Source: a virus. Taken from it: a stretch of DNA of 64,000 nt. Positions 1-10,334 of the stretch are shown one piece after another. Every line of letters starts with the position of its first letter. Position 1 is the first letter of the stretch. The translations under genes were made by a program, and so were the position numbers. Location: positions 48,814-112,813 of IMG/VR virus record IMGVR_UViG_3300003890_000014, one strand, 5' to 3'. Under the pieces are notes generated by a model that saw only the letters and a list, made by a program, of their open reading frames with translations, did no database searches and was not told the origin of the DNA.

Positions 1-2981
1 ATTCCACTTGCCGAGTTCATCACCGTGAATCCAGAGACGAGTGCAGGAGATCCAGAGACTACGTTATTGAAATAACGCATATACCAATCGCCAGATGTTG
101 ACCTGTAACTAACATACATGATTCCGGTGCCAGTCTCATCGAAGGCGATGCCTCCGTGGTTGGCGATGTTTCCGCCGCTATCTAATGCGAATGTTGTAAA
201 TGACGTTGATGCCTCTGCAAAATAAAGACCATTCAAATTGTTAGAAGCACTTGTATATACAAACCATGTCCTTCGAGAAGGAGATGTTCCAAGAACATGA
301 ACTGACGCTGGTTGATTTGAAATTGTTGATATCGCAGAGGTTGACCCGATGTGAACAGGCGTTGCCCCAGTCCAAGTCCAAACTCTACCAAGATTTTGTG
401 GACCACCAGAGTTAACGCTCCACATATGAACAAGACTTCCATCCACCTTGTCTCCACCAATAGTGAGTGCGTCATAATGTTGCCCACCATCAAAGAACAT
501 TCTACCCGCTCCGCCACTAATGTCGGGGAAATCTGTAAGAACTGGAGAACTTGATAAATTGGCATAAACTGCCCAAACCTCTCTATTCGTTCCGTTACGG
601 TTATACATTAAAGCCATCTTGCCATTGTTTGCTACAAATGCTTGAGTAGGATTTGAAAGTTCAAGATTAAGAAAAACACTCGAAGGAGGATAAGACCCTG
701 CTGTAGTCTTATGTCCTAAGAAAGTCCAAGAGTTACCAGCATCGACAGTGTAATAGACAGATATTTGATCGTTGCCAGATTCAGACTGATAGCCCCACGC
801 AACTCCATATTGTTTGTTTTCAGAAAATGCGGTCCAAAAACCTGGAAGACTTCCATCAACATCTCCTCCGGTAACAAGTTTTTGAGGTGATTCGCCTTGA
901 AGTCTGATCACGTCTGAGAGAGAAGCATCTGAGATCTTCATCTGTTCTAAAGCTTCTGAAGATAGACTCTTAGCTTCGTATTTATAATCCCAAGGAATAA
1001 CTCGCATTTGTGAGTGTAAGTTATTGGTAGTGACACCTTGCGCTAGGTCTACAGGAGTTCCTAGATTGGTAACTGTGATAGTAGTTTCGTCTAAGCCGAT
1101 ATTATAAGAAACAGCACTTACAACTAACTCTGCTATATTCCCATCAGCATCAGGAAGGAAGCCGTAACGATTAGCTCCATCAGCATAAGGATCAGAATCC
1201 TGTAAAAACTTGGCTAATAAAATCTTTTTAGTAGTGGGGAAAAGTTCTGTGACATCTCCTCCGAACTTGATGTTCTGGGAAGCTCCGTTCATAGGAACAG
1301 TTTGTCCATCTTTAGGTGCAAGAGCTTGAGCAGTGTGTACCGCTACTCCGGTAACTTTGGTCACAGGAGCTGAGCCTAAAAGTCGACGAGTATAGGTGCC
1401 GTTATTTTGTCCGGCGTTAAAACGAAGAGCATCAGCGCTGGCTGAGAGGTTGACTTTAGTTCCTAAAAGGTTTGTGTCGAAAGAGTCTAAGATTTGGTTA
1501 GGTACTTTGGAAGCAAGAGCGTTTAGTTCGGCATTATCCAACGCTCCTAGAATATCTCCGCCATCAGCCGCACCGCCGCCTCCGGTGCCTAGATCTGACC
1601 AACTATCAGTGGGAAGATGTCTGAATTGAAGCTTTTGTGTTGTTGTATCCCAACGAATTTGTCCTTCAAGAGATGCGCTAGTTCCAATGTGAATAGTTGA
1701 TGGTCCAAGATAAGCGTCTTTCCATCGAAGAGCAGGAGCGCCAAGATCATAGGTATTGTCTGTGAGAGGTATTAAACTAGAAGTAATAGCATCTAGTTCT
1801 GCCACAAAGTAACTTACCTTCTCTACTTCAATTTGAGCATCTGCGGGGAGAGGTTGGGTAGAAGGTCCGGCGATAATCTCATAAATATCAACTTGGGTTC
1901 CAGAAGCTTCTTCGAAAACGACGTTGCCTACGTTATCGTTGACACCAGTAACTTTACGCTCAATATCTTGTCCGTTTACTCGAACGACGATATCTCCACG
2001 AGTTTTACCAGAATTATAATCCTGAATAAAACTAAAACCTGTAGAAAGAGTTACACGAGTTTTGAGGGATACTGTCGAAATAGAACAGTTTTGTGCTTGA
2101 GTTCCATCAGCATATCCACGAGCAACTTGAATGGTCTTTTCAGCGAGACCTACCCCATCAAAGGTATTAACCAAGAATCGCATTTCGAAAATATCGTCTG
2201 CTATTGCTGGGAAACTTGGATGAAGAGTAATTTGATTTGAGGAATTTCCGGCATTAACTTCCATGTACTCGTCAGAATAATTTCCTACTCCAACGGTAAA
2301 AGCAGCGACTTTGCGCATTTCGACGCCATTTCTAAAAAAGAAAGCGTTTTTATTATAAGAATAATTTTTAGTAAAAGTGATTGTAGTACCAGTTACTCCA
2401 GTAGTTTCGGCTACTCTCCACTGAACAACTCCACCACCGCCAGATCCCCCACCAACAAACATTACGATATCTGAGTTAGAGATATTTTGTATAGTACCAG
2501 CAATATTCTTAAGAACTACATAACCAATTGCTCGACTACCTGTTCCAGCAGGAAGTAAAGCCGCAGCTTCGGAAGCAGCTGGATCGCCAAGATCGAGTAC
2601 AAGATTATTTGCATCATCAAGAGAAATAAGAGCTTTTAAAAATTGACCAGAGGGAAGGGTGACTACTACGTCCGTACCTGGAGAAACAACGGCGGTGCCT
2701 CCAGAGATTGCAGGGAAAACGATGTTACCAGAAGAAAAAGTAGGAACTTGATCATTGATGGGTTGGATCGTTCTGCGACGATTAGTTTGAGAATTAGTTA
2801 CGACTACGTTCTCTACATTCACCGTGAGAGAGGGTGAAGTGGTAGCATTAAGTCTGAGAGGGGCTGTAAGTTCGCTATCAATTAACCGTAAGAGATCATC
2901 AAGCTCCATGTTTGCTTGGTTAGCAATTTGGGTTAATGTATCTCTTGAGATAAATTGTCTTACATCGGTTTTTGTAGCCAT
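1..2981 (-). CDS. Large tail fibre / receptor-binding protein, 3'-truncated by window edge (>=993 aa)
   Basis: Absent from the ORF track because it has no stop in the window. ATG at 2981 (MATKTDVRQFISRDTL...), same frame still open at position 3 (...VSGFTVMNSASG). Contains fibre motif IPLTDNTYDLGAPALRWKDAYLG and an Asp-box/BNR-like YYTVDAGNSWTFLG; lies downstream of the baseplate genes. Confidence 0.8.
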   Translation of the reverse strand, partial: MATKTDVRQFISRDTLTQIANQANMELDDLLRLIDSELTAPLRLNATTSPSLTVNVENVVVTNSQTNRRRTIQPINDQVPTFSSGNIVFPAISGGTAVVSPGTDVVVTLPSGQFLKALISLDDANNLVLDLGDPAASEAAALLPAGTGSRAIGYVVLKNIAGTIQNISNSDIVMFVGGGSGGGGVVQWRVAETTGVTGTTITFTKNYSYNKNAFFFRNGVEMRKVAAFTVGVGNYSDEYMEVNAGNSSNQITLHPSFPAIADDIFEMRFLVNTFDGVGLAEKTIQVARGYADGTQAQNCSISTVSLKTRVTLSTGFSFIQDYNSGKTRGDIVVRVNGQDIERKVTGVNDNVGNVVFEEASGTQVDIYEIIAGPSTQPLPADAQIEVEKVSYFVAELDAITSSLIPLTDNTYDLGAPALRWKDAYLGPSTIHIGTSASLEGQIRWDTTTQKLQFRHLPTDSWSDLGTGGGGAADGGDILGALDNAELNALASKVPNQILDSFDTNLLGTKVNLSASADALRFNAGQNNGTYTRRLLGSAPVTKVTGVAVHTAQALAPKDGQTVPMNGASQNIKFGGDVTELFPTTKKILLAKFLQDSDPYADGANRYGFLPDADGNIAELVVSAVSYNIGLDETTITVTNLGTPVDLAQGVTTNNLHSQMRVIPWDYKYEAKSLSSEALEQMKISDASLSDVIRLQGESPQKLVTGGDVDGSLPGFWTAFSENKQYGVAWGYQSESGNDQISVYYTVDAGNSWTFLGHKTTAGSYPPSSVFLNLELSNPTQAFVANNGKMALMYNRNGTNREVWAVYANLSSSPVLTDFPDISGGAGRMFFDGGQHYDALTIGGDKVDGSLVHMWSVNSGGPQNLGRVWTWTGATPVHIGSTSAISTISNQPASVHVLGTSPSRRTWFVYTSASNNLNGLYFAEASTSFTTFALDSGGNIANHGGIAFDETGTGIMYVSYRSTSGDWYMRYFNNVVSGSPALVSGFTVMNSASG

Positions 2982-2986
2982 TTTCT

Positions 2987-3018
2987 AATCCTTATATTCT
3001 TATCAAAATTATAACACA
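2987..3018 (-). promoter_or_regulatory. Extended -10 late promoter (TGTGTTATAAT) plus conserved leader ATAAGAATATAAGGATT
   Basis: TGnTATAAT at 3008-3018; the 17-nt leader 2987-3003 is identical to 7814-7830. Confidence 0.55.
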
Positions 3019-3020
3019 AT

Positions 3021-3353
3021 TTATGCTGATCTATCAATTCTAAAGTGTATACGATCTCCTATCACTAGGTCAAAAGTCAAAGTAACTTGAGTGCGAGGCG
3101 GTGAGCCTACGTAGTTGTAATCTATAACACTTTCTAATCTTATACCATTTAATCTTACTTCTAGTTCCTCAGAAGTATAGGTTTGACTAAGCGGTAGGGT
3201 GATATTAGTACCCGCCGTAACTGGTCCAGTAATCTGTCCAGGTCCAGGGCTTCCTGATACCACGTCTAATGCTTCATCGTAAATGGCTACGGAACCTCCA
3301 GTTTCATCGAAGGACCGTAAAATTCCATTTACTAACCTAGTAAATTTGGCCAT
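3021..3353 (-). CDS. Small virion (baseplate/fibre-associated) beta-domain protein
   Basis: 110 aa; VRLNGIRLESVIDY...LVIGDRIHFR resembles LYLNGIYLFVGDDW...LVVGDRLTFR in the 779 aa protein; structural-operon context. Confidence 0.6.
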   Translation of the reverse strand: MAKFTRLVNGILRSFDETGGSVAIYDEALDVVSGSPGPGQITGPVTAGTNITLPLSQTYTSEELEVRLNGIRLESVIDYNYVGSPPRTQVTLTFDLVIGDRIHFRIDRSA

Positions 3354-3356
3354 ATA

Positions 3357-5219
3357 TTATGCTACTATACCAATCATTGGTTGAACAAAAATTCGATCTG
3401 TGTTTTCAACAAACCCGATCGGTTTTGCTGCTTCATTCGCTGTATTAGTTAAAGAAGCTCCTAAAATAAAGGCTCCGCTTGAACCTAAGAATACTGGTTT
3501 ACCAATATCTGCTCCAGCAAATGGAGTATCTGAAGATCCAAGTACATGAGTACCTAACATGATTACGTCGATATTTTCACCAGCTGATACTGCACTTGTT
3601 GAGAGTGCAATACCTATAGCATGAAATTTATCACTTACAGAAGCGTCTTTATCGGCTTTATATACTCTGCCTGCAGTTTCACCATTTAGAGCAAAACGAA
3701 CTAAGAAACTCGTATTAGCAGCCATAGATTCGCCAGCTACCATTACTTTCTTAGCAAGAGGAGCATGAGCAGTTTTTACCCCTGAAGCAGATCTAGAGAT
3801 CGAATCTCCATCGAGTTTAACTCGAACTGCATCAGAATTGATTTCGATACCATCGCCAGGGTTTACATCAATAGCTGCGCCATTGCCGCCAGTCAATCCT
3901 GAACCAGCGACATCAGATCCGAGTTTTGCTGCAGTTACTGAGGTAGCTGCAAGTTTAGCGGTTGAGATACCAAGATCTTTAACTTGAAGAGCATTGGTAG
4001 CAATTTCGATAGTCGAGTTATCAACATTAGCTTTTGTACCAGCTGCGCCTTTAGATAATGCACCAGCAGGGTCGAATTTAATACCAAGTTCATCAGAAGA
4101 AATCTGAAGAGAAGGATTAGAAGCTTCGAGTTTAACACTCAATATTCCAGCAGAGAATGCTAGACCATCCCCTGCGGCAGAAGCGTCGAGTCTTACATCA
4201 AATCCAACTTTAGTCAATCCAGTAGAAGCGGTCGTAGCTTCAAAATACTTCTGTACCCACGATGACCCACCCCATTGACGGAGAGAAGATGTTTCGTCAT
4301 CAATAGAAATCATCATCCCAACAGTAGGATTAGTTTCTACCCAAAGAGTTCCATTAAACTCAACAATATCACCAGCTTCAGCGCCATCCCAATCTACGTG
4401 TGGTGTGCCGCCATCGTGAGAAAGTACATATCTATCGCCAAGAACTTCAGTAGGAGGGGCAACGGTATTGTCTACAATATAGTCAATTGCAGAGTTCTGA
4501 AACTCAAAGTTTTGAATTAAAGAAAGAGCATTTTGAAGTTGTTCCCAACGAACTGCATCTCCGTTAGCGGAAGCGGGGGCTAGATTAGTTAGTTTATTTC
4601 CACCCATCGACTGGTTACCAGAAAAAGCTCTAGTTCCATCAACAAGAATATATTGGGTGTGATCATCTGAAGAAAGATTAAGAAGTGCGCTATGGCTAAC
4701 TTTAGAAGCATCGAAACGGATTCTAAAAATTTCATTACCAGCGGGATTAAGAATACTTTCTTCGAGAGCATTGGTAGTATTGCTTCCAACATCTACTTGG
4801 ATTTTAGGAGAAAGATAATCAGAGGTGGTGTCAGCTGCGCTCACTCGAACTTGTTTATCGTTCGATCCAGCGCCAAGGGCGGTGTTGATTCCTTGAAGAG
4901 CGCCTTTTACAGTAGCAGCAGTTGGGGTAAAGTTTGTATAGGTATTGTCATCCCCAATTAAATCAGAACCAGAAGATGCATTTGAAGATCCTAATTCAGA
5001 CTCAGTAAAATATCTTCCATCATGAGTATGTGAATTTGTACCATCAGCAAAATCAGTTCCATTCTGAAGATTGATAAGTTTATCAAGAATGGTTTTGCTA
5101 AGATCAGTACCTGCTCCACCACCAAATTTTACTTTATCAACTACTAAAGTGTTAGTTGAGATATCTACGTTTCTAATTACACCGTCTATGACTCGAGATA
5201 ATTTGCTAATATCAGACAT
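3357..5219 (-). CDS. Tail fibre protein
   Basis: 620 aa Gly/Ala/Ser-rich; fibre motifs (MGGNKLTNLA, GDRYV..WDG..GDIVEFNGTLW, GDGL/GDGI repeats); C-terminal domain resembles that of the 779 aa protein. Confidence 0.7.
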   Translation of the reverse strand: MSDISKLSRVIDGVIRNVDISTNTLVVDKVKFGGGAGTDLSKTILDKLINLQNGTDFADGTNSHTHDGRYFTESELGSSNASSGSDLIGDDNTYTNFTPTAATVKGALQGINTALGAGSNDKQVRVSAADTTSDYLSPKIQVDVGSNTTNALEESILNPAGNEIFRIRFDASKVSHSALLNLSSDDHTQYILVDGTRAFSGNQSMGGNKLTNLAPASANGDAVRWEQLQNALSLIQNFEFQNSAIDYIVDNTVAPPTEVLGDRYVLSHDGGTPHVDWDGAEAGDIVEFNGTLWVETNPTVGMMISIDDETSSLRQWGGSSWVQKYFEATTASTGLTKVGFDVRLDASAAGDGLAFSAGILSVKLEASNPSLQISSDELGIKFDPAGALSKGAAGTKANVDNSTIEIATNALQVKDLGISTAKLAATSVTAAKLGSDVAGSGLTGGNGAAIDVNPGDGIEINSDAVRVKLDGDSISRSASGVKTAHAPLAKKVMVAGESMAANTSFLVRFALNGETAGRVYKADKDASVSDKFHAIGIALSTSAVSAGENIDVIMLGTHVLGSSDTPFAGADIGKPVFLGSSGAFILGASLTNTANEAAKPIGFVENTDRIFVQPMIGIVA

Positions 5220-5222
5220 TTG

Positions 5223-5453
5223 TTATTCTCCTTTAGGGTTCTCAGTTTGGTTTAAGGGTTCTATTAAAAATTGCATTTTGACTTGTATACCGTATATTTG
5301 TGCTATTCGATTTGCTTCATCACAAGCTTTGTCCATGATTTGTCTAAGCTTTTCGCCAATTCTTTGGCTAAGTTGATCTGCCTCTTCTTCAGACAGTTTT
5401 TCTAGATCTACTTTCCTAACTCGTTCTTCCATATTATATCCCAATCCTTTCAA
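5223..5453 (-). CDS. Hypothetical protein (probable start 5432, MEERV)
   Basis: Fills the gap between two structural genes, co-oriented. Confidence 0.55.
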   Translation of the reverse strand: MKGLGYNMEERVRKVDLEKLSEEEADQLSQRIGEKLRQIMDKACDEANRIAQIYGIQVKMQFLIEPLNQTENPKGE

Positions 5454-5467
5454 ACTTTTGAAATTTA

Positions 5468-7807
5468 TTATAACTGCCCTATAATAGCAACGTTTACTAT
5501 TAGATCTTTTAAAGTAGGATTAGAAGTATTTCTAGAGATTACTCCCAACCTAATAACCCAATCTCCCGCTACAAAACCACCGACGCCAATGTCAGGTTTA
5601 ACATTTGTAATATCTCCAGTTTTAGATACGTATACTGGTTCTCCATAATCTGCGGTCGTTGTAATATCTTTAAGAACTCCACTAACTACTACACTTCCTT
5701 GCGCCGCATTTACAGTGTTTGCTGCTAAGACACCTACACATGCTAAAGCTTCTGCTTCAATAGAAACATCAATATCTTCCATATAACCTAAAGAATTCAC
5801 TCTAATAGGTTTTAATTTATTAATGGTAGAACCAGTTTGATTCTCAAGTGGAACTTCGCCAGAAGCTGCGGTACCGGCACCTGCACCGATGGCGCTAATA
5901 TTTATAGTAGATCCACCGTTCTTTTTGTATTTAAGATCTCCAGTATTATCTACCCATAATCCATCTTGAGCGGGAAGTGGGTCTGAAGCTTCTCGACTAA
6001 AAGTTATACCTTTAGGATCGATAATTCCGGTAACATCGATATCACCATTAAATACTGCTATCTTACCTGGAGGTCCATTTACGGTAAAAGGAAAGCCAGG
6101 AGTAACAAGAATCGTAGAACCATTATTGTAAGCATTTTGTAAACTTACTGGTCCACCACCGCCGCCTACAAATCCACCAACTACAGCATGTCTAAAAGTA
6201 AGGCGATCTCCTACTACAAGAGGAATTTGAATCTGAACTATAGAAGAAGGATTACCTATAGTACCAACTTCAGTCCAATCATCTCCAACAAAAAGATAAA
6301 TACCATTTAAATAAAGTTCAAGTCCACCACTACCTACAATATAATACTCAGTACTATTTCCATCTCTTGAATCAAGAGGAAGACTTAAGTTGGTGGCAGG
6401 AGAAACTGGACCAGTAAATTCATTATCATTAGCTGGAGCACCAGCGACGATATCCATTTTTTCTTCATATGGATTACCATTGAGTACTGTATTTAAAAAA
6501 TTAATATTTTTAGCATTTTCTGAAATTGCGGTAACTAAGGTAGAGGCTGTGGTGAATTGTCCAGGAAGAGATGGATCTGGAAGTTCAGTATATGGTACTG
6601 AAGTAGCAGTCTCGGGGTCGAATCCTAAGAAAGTAGCAAGAGATTCAGTAGTCTCGTCATTAATTTCTTTTGCTTCGCCAGCGTCTAATTCGCCTAAACC
6701 TCTAAGATAAAGTCTAGAACCTTCTCTGTAAGCAAGCCAATATACATCGTCATCAAGGGGTACACTACCACGAGCTGAGACTCTATAGTTTGTAGCTGTT
6801 AAACCTACTGAATCATAAGTTACAGTAGTAAGAGGATCAGGAAGTTCTATCCATAGCACTTCTCCATCAGCAATAGAGATTGCATTGCCACCTTCTTGTC
6901 GAGTAAGTTGAATATTAGAGGTATTATCAAAAAGTCTTACATAAGCAATAACGTCAGAATCAAGAGGGATTCCAGAATCATCAGTAATAGTAAGTGCAGT
7001 ACCAGTCCAATAGAATCTAGCTCCTGCAGTAGCTCCTACTAAAATACTTAAACCAGTAGCTCTAAAAGAACCACCTAAAGTAATTGGAGCTTGCTCAAAC
7101 CAATAGGTTGTACCTTTAATTTCTCGAATACTGTCCATGACAGCATCAAAAAATTGTTTAAAATTCTTGATGTCTTTATCAGCACCTGTGAATTGTGTAT
7201 TGACAGGTTCAGTTCTAGATGCCCATGAAAAAGCAAAAGTTGGATTTGTACCACGACCTAATCTAAAAAACAGATCTCGTTTGTCTCGGATTGCAGTGAT
7301 TACACCTGAACCGTTTACATCAACTTCACAAACTTTAACTTTATCTGCATCGCCTGAAAAATTTGAGGTATTAATTACTAGGCTGGCTTTAAGAAAAGTG
7401 AAAGTATCTACAATTTGTGAAAACTCTGCGCCTTGCCCCCCAGCTGCAGTTGGGTCCCAAAAAGCTCTACTATCTGCGCCACCTGTATCTTGAGTTACAG
7501 AAATTTCAATGTAATTAGTGGTAGCTGGAGAAAGACTTGAGGAAGATAGGGCAGAAAGACTAGGTGCTCCAATATAAAGCACGCCATCGTCTTGGCCCAT
7601 AATAAGAGAAGAATTTGCAATGGCTACTGAAATAGTGTTAGTTCCAACGCCAGTAGCATTGAATCCAGAAAATATAAAATTTTGATTGGTCCAGGCGTTT
7701 CTTTGAATCGCTTTAAAATCTGCACAAACAAAGTCCTCGATCTTATTAAAATCAGGTAAATCGAGACGTTGATTCGGGAGGATTCTGGTCCTTTGAAGTA
7801 AAGCCAT
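5468..7807 (-). CDS. Baseplate/tail-fibre attachment protein
   Basis: 779 aa beta-rich ORF immediately downstream of the wedge proteins. Confidence 0.6.
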   Translation of the reverse strand: MALLQRTRILPNQRLDLPDFNKIEDFVCADFKAIQRNAWTNQNFIFSGFNATGVGTNTISVAIANSSLIMGQDDGVLYIGAPSLSALSSSSLSPATTNYIEISVTQDTGGADSRAFWDPTAAGGQGAEFSQIVDTFTFLKASLVINTSNFSGDADKVKVCEVDVNGSGVITAIRDKRDLFFRLGRGTNPTFAFSWASRTEPVNTQFTGADKDIKNFKQFFDAVMDSIREIKGTTYWFEQAPITLGGSFRATGLSILVGATAGARFYWTGTALTITDDSGIPLDSDVIAYVRLFDNTSNIQLTRQEGGNAISIADGEVLWIELPDPLTTVTYDSVGLTATNYRVSARGSVPLDDDVYWLAYREGSRLYLRGLGELDAGEAKEINDETTESLATFLGFDPETATSVPYTELPDPSLPGQFTTASTLVTAISENAKNINFLNTVLNGNPYEEKMDIVAGAPANDNEFTGPVSPATNLSLPLDSRDGNSTEYYIVGSGGLELYLNGIYLFVGDDWTEVGTIGNPSSIVQIQIPLVVGDRLTFRHAVVGGFVGGGGGPVSLQNAYNNGSTILVTPGFPFTVNGPPGKIAVFNGDIDVTGIIDPKGITFSREASDPLPAQDGLWVDNTGDLKYKKNGGSTINISAIGAGAGTAASGEVPLENQTGSTINKLKPIRVNSLGYMEDIDVSIEAEALACVGVLAANTVNAAQGSVVVSGVLKDITTTADYGEPVYVSKTGDITNVKPDIGVGGFVAGDWVIRLGVISRNTSNPTLKDLIVNVAIIGQL

Positions 7808-7813
7808 TTGTTA

Positions 7814-7852
7814 AATCCTTATATTCTTATTCTTAATTTTCATTTTAGCACA
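7814..7852 (-). promoter_or_regulatory. Extended -10 late promoter (TGTGCTAAAAT) plus conserved leader
   Basis: TGnTAAAAT at 7842-7852; the leader is identical to 2987-3003. Confidence 0.55.
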
Positions 7853-7865
7853 CATCCTAAAATCC

Positions 7866-9758
7866 TTATGTAAAAACCAGAGGGCCTTGTCCAGTTAAGG
7901 CTCCCCTATAATCAGGGCTTTCGGATGGACCACAAGTCCTACAAACACATTCAAATAAAACTTCTGGGAATGAGATCAGAAATCTAATGACTACTCCTGC
8001 TGCTAATAGCTTCTTAATGAGGTTCTGGGCAGCTTGGCGGGCTTCTTCAGTACCCACTACATAAACAGCGTAGTCTTCGCCTGTAACCCTTGGAATAGTA
8101 GGGGAATCTGAGATGAAATTAATTTTTCTTCCAATTAAATGCTCTTGTTGAAATATATAACTTGCGTCAATCAGTAAAGTAGAGTTATTTGGTCTGCTAT
8201 TGTACTGGATTGGGCCTTCCTGTTCAGACCTTCCAAAGTTCAATAGAATCTTACCTGGCTTATTGGGAAAGCTTGCTGCGTTCGCCACTGAAAGGGTTGG
8301 TACAATTGATCCGCTATTGACTGTGGTAGATAGTTCTGTACTAACTCCAGTTACAGTAAATAATTGACCAGTTGGATCAAACAAGTATGCAGAAGGATAG
8401 TCAGTCACAATAAGATCTGGATCTTGCTGTAAAGTAGTTATAAATCCTAATACTATATTTGCTGTACCTCCAGTAATTTGATACTCAGAGCTTCCTTCTG
8501 TAGTTCTTAGACCTACTTTTTTATAGTTACTTCCCTGACCGTGTGTAAAAGCTTCTAAAAATGTTAGCTGATTATTTATAACTTCTACTACCTCTTCTGC
8601 GGTCACTGCTGAAGGGTCAACAAAATCAGATGCATGAGTAAAAGTAACTGTAAAAGGATTCCCATCAATAGTTAGAGTTAAAGTAGAAGATACACCTAAT
8701 CCGCTAAAGTCAAATACTTCTTCATTAGAGTAAATTTCTAACTTATCTTGTTTAGGGTGAGCAGCACCTCTTAGGGTTCTCCTAAGAACTGGAACAGAAC
8801 TAGGAATTTTAATTACTAATTCATTAGGATTGATTTCGTAAACACTAGCTTTAACTTCAGTTTGTTTTACTAAAGAGAAATTTAGTCTTGCTGGAGTATT
8901 GGCATCGCCGCCTAAAATTTGGATAGAACCTAGTAGTCCTGGCGTATTTGTTCTTAAATTTAATTTATTTCCAGAAAGAGGATCTAAAAATTTACTGGCG
9001 GTTATATTTAAGTTGTGTTCAGGGTCAGCGTTAATAAATGCGACTAACTCATCTACAGATATATTAGTGATGTCATCAAAAGCGTAAGGTTTGAATCGAA
9101 GAGTCACTGCGGGTTTGTTATCTACTTTATAGTCAAGAGTTCTTACTATTCCTAAAGAAATATTACTGTTAATAGCGATATCACTATCCCATTCCATAGA
9201 TAGGTCAAGCTCAGTATCACTATGAATAGCCGATACTTTTTTATAAGTATATCCAGAAGCAGCTGAAGCTTTAATGTAATCTCCAGGAGCAAGTTCTGTT
9301 AGAAATAGAGTTCCTGTTCCTTTAACTCTTTTTGTTCCCTTAATAAAACTAGCTGTTCCTGTTAACAGACTTACTGGACCAAAATTATAGGTTTCAGTTG
9401 TTCCGCTATTAATATTTGGTCTTGTAAATCCAGCTCCCCAAAATACATCTAATAAAGAGATAATAGTTTTACGAACTTGTTTTGGATAAAAAGACATTAC
9501 AGGTATAAGTTTACGGAAGTCATCATCACCCATGCCTAAATTAGGGTCTCTTGGAACTCCTACGTTATTACCTAAATAATCTAGATATCTTCCTTCTGCC
9601 TGTTCCACAAACAATTGATCTTTTGTATTTTGAATCTGAACTACAATCTCATCATCAGATAATCCCCATGCCTTTAAAAGACCACGGATCATTACGTTAC
9701 TCTCAGCTTTATAAAAACTCGGCAAACTACGAGCCATTCTCTGAAATTTATCCGCCAT
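7866..9758 (-). CDS. Baseplate wedge protein (P2 gpI/T4 gp7-like N-terminus, inserted modules)
   Basis: N-terminal AEGRYLDYLGNNVGVPR...DDDFRK and C-terminal KKLLAAGVVI are typical of gpI-like wedge proteins; follows the baseplate J gene. Confidence 0.65.
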   Translation of the reverse strand: MADKFQRMARSLPSFYKAESNVMIRGLLKAWGLSDDEIVVQIQNTKDQLFVEQAEGRYLDYLGNNVGVPRDPNLGMGDDDFRKLIPVMSFYPKQVRKTIISLLDVFWGAGFTRPNINSGTTETYNFGPVSLLTGTASFIKGTKRVKGTGTLFLTELAPGDYIKASAASGYTYKKVSAIHSDTELDLSMEWDSDIAINSNISLGIVRTLDYKVDNKPAVTLRFKPYAFDDITNISVDELVAFINADPEHNLNITASKFLDPLSGNKLNLRTNTPGLLGSIQILGGDANTPARLNFSLVKQTEVKASVYEINPNELVIKIPSSVPVLRRTLRGAAHPKQDKLEIYSNEEVFDFSGLGVSSTLTLTIDGNPFTVTFTHASDFVDPSAVTAEEVVEVINNQLTFLEAFTHGQGSNYKKVGLRTTEGSSEYQITGGTANIVLGFITTLQQDPDLIVTDYPSAYLFDPTGQLFTVTGVSTELSTTVNSGSIVPTLSVANAASFPNKPGKILLNFGRSEQEGPIQYNSRPNNSTLLIDASYIFQQEHLIGRKINFISDSPTIPRVTGEDYAVYVVGTEEARQAAQNLIKKLLAAGVVIRFLISFPEVLFECVCRTCGPSESPDYRGALTGQGPLVFT

Positions 9759-10332
9759 AACGATTTCCCTTTTTAAGATTATCTTCGGCCCATAGCGGTT
9801 GTAAATTTGTATAACGAAATGCTTCTTTATATTGTTCGTTATCTTTTAGATTGAAAATTGATAAAGGTTTTATATGATCAATATGCCAACCATTTTTACC
9901 GTAATTATCCCAAGACATTTCTGGCTGAAATTTAGATTCTAAATGCTTTTTTAATTGTTCAAATGAACAATCTAGCGCTTCAAGTGTTGATCCTTGTTTC
10001 TGATTATTCTTTAATGCTAGTCTAATTCTTGCTCTCATATTTTGAGCCAATATAAATATTTCTCGTTCTTTACGGGCCTTTTTTTGCCAGTTATTTTGTT
10101 CTATTCTTATTTTATCTTTTCTAGTAATTTTATACACATTTGATAATTCTTTTACTCGTTCAGGATTTCGTAATCTCCATCGACGTAGTCTCTGTCTTTT
10201 AGCTTCGATATTAACTAGCTCATAACTCTTACAACACAACTTACACCAAGGATGTAATCCATCTACTCTTCGAGTTTGTTTATAAAACTCTAACAATTCT
10301 TTCTCGATATTGCATTTGCTACAAGTCTTCAT
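9748..10332 (-). CDS. Free-standing HNH homing endonuclease
   Basis: N-terminal CxxC...CxxC (MKTCSKC, WCKLC); MSWDNYG..WHIDHIKPL...NLQPLWAEDNLKKGN; lower GC, Lys-rich; overlaps the next start. Confidence 0.9.
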   Translation of the reverse strand: MKTCSKCNIEKELLEFYKQTRRVDGLHPWCKLCCKSYELVNIEAKRQRLRRWRLRNPERVKELSNVYKITRKDKIRIEQNNWQKKARKEREIFILAQNMRARIRLALKNNQKQGSTLEALDCSFEQLKKHLESKFQPEMSWDNYGKNGWHIDHIKPLSIFNLKDNEQYKEAFRYTNLQPLWAEDNLKKGNRYGG

Positions 10333-10334
10333 AA

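Noticed and set aside
233-565. 110 aa minus-strand ORF and other short ORFs within 1-2981
   Set aside because: Alternative frames inside the long tail fibre ORF that runs off the window.
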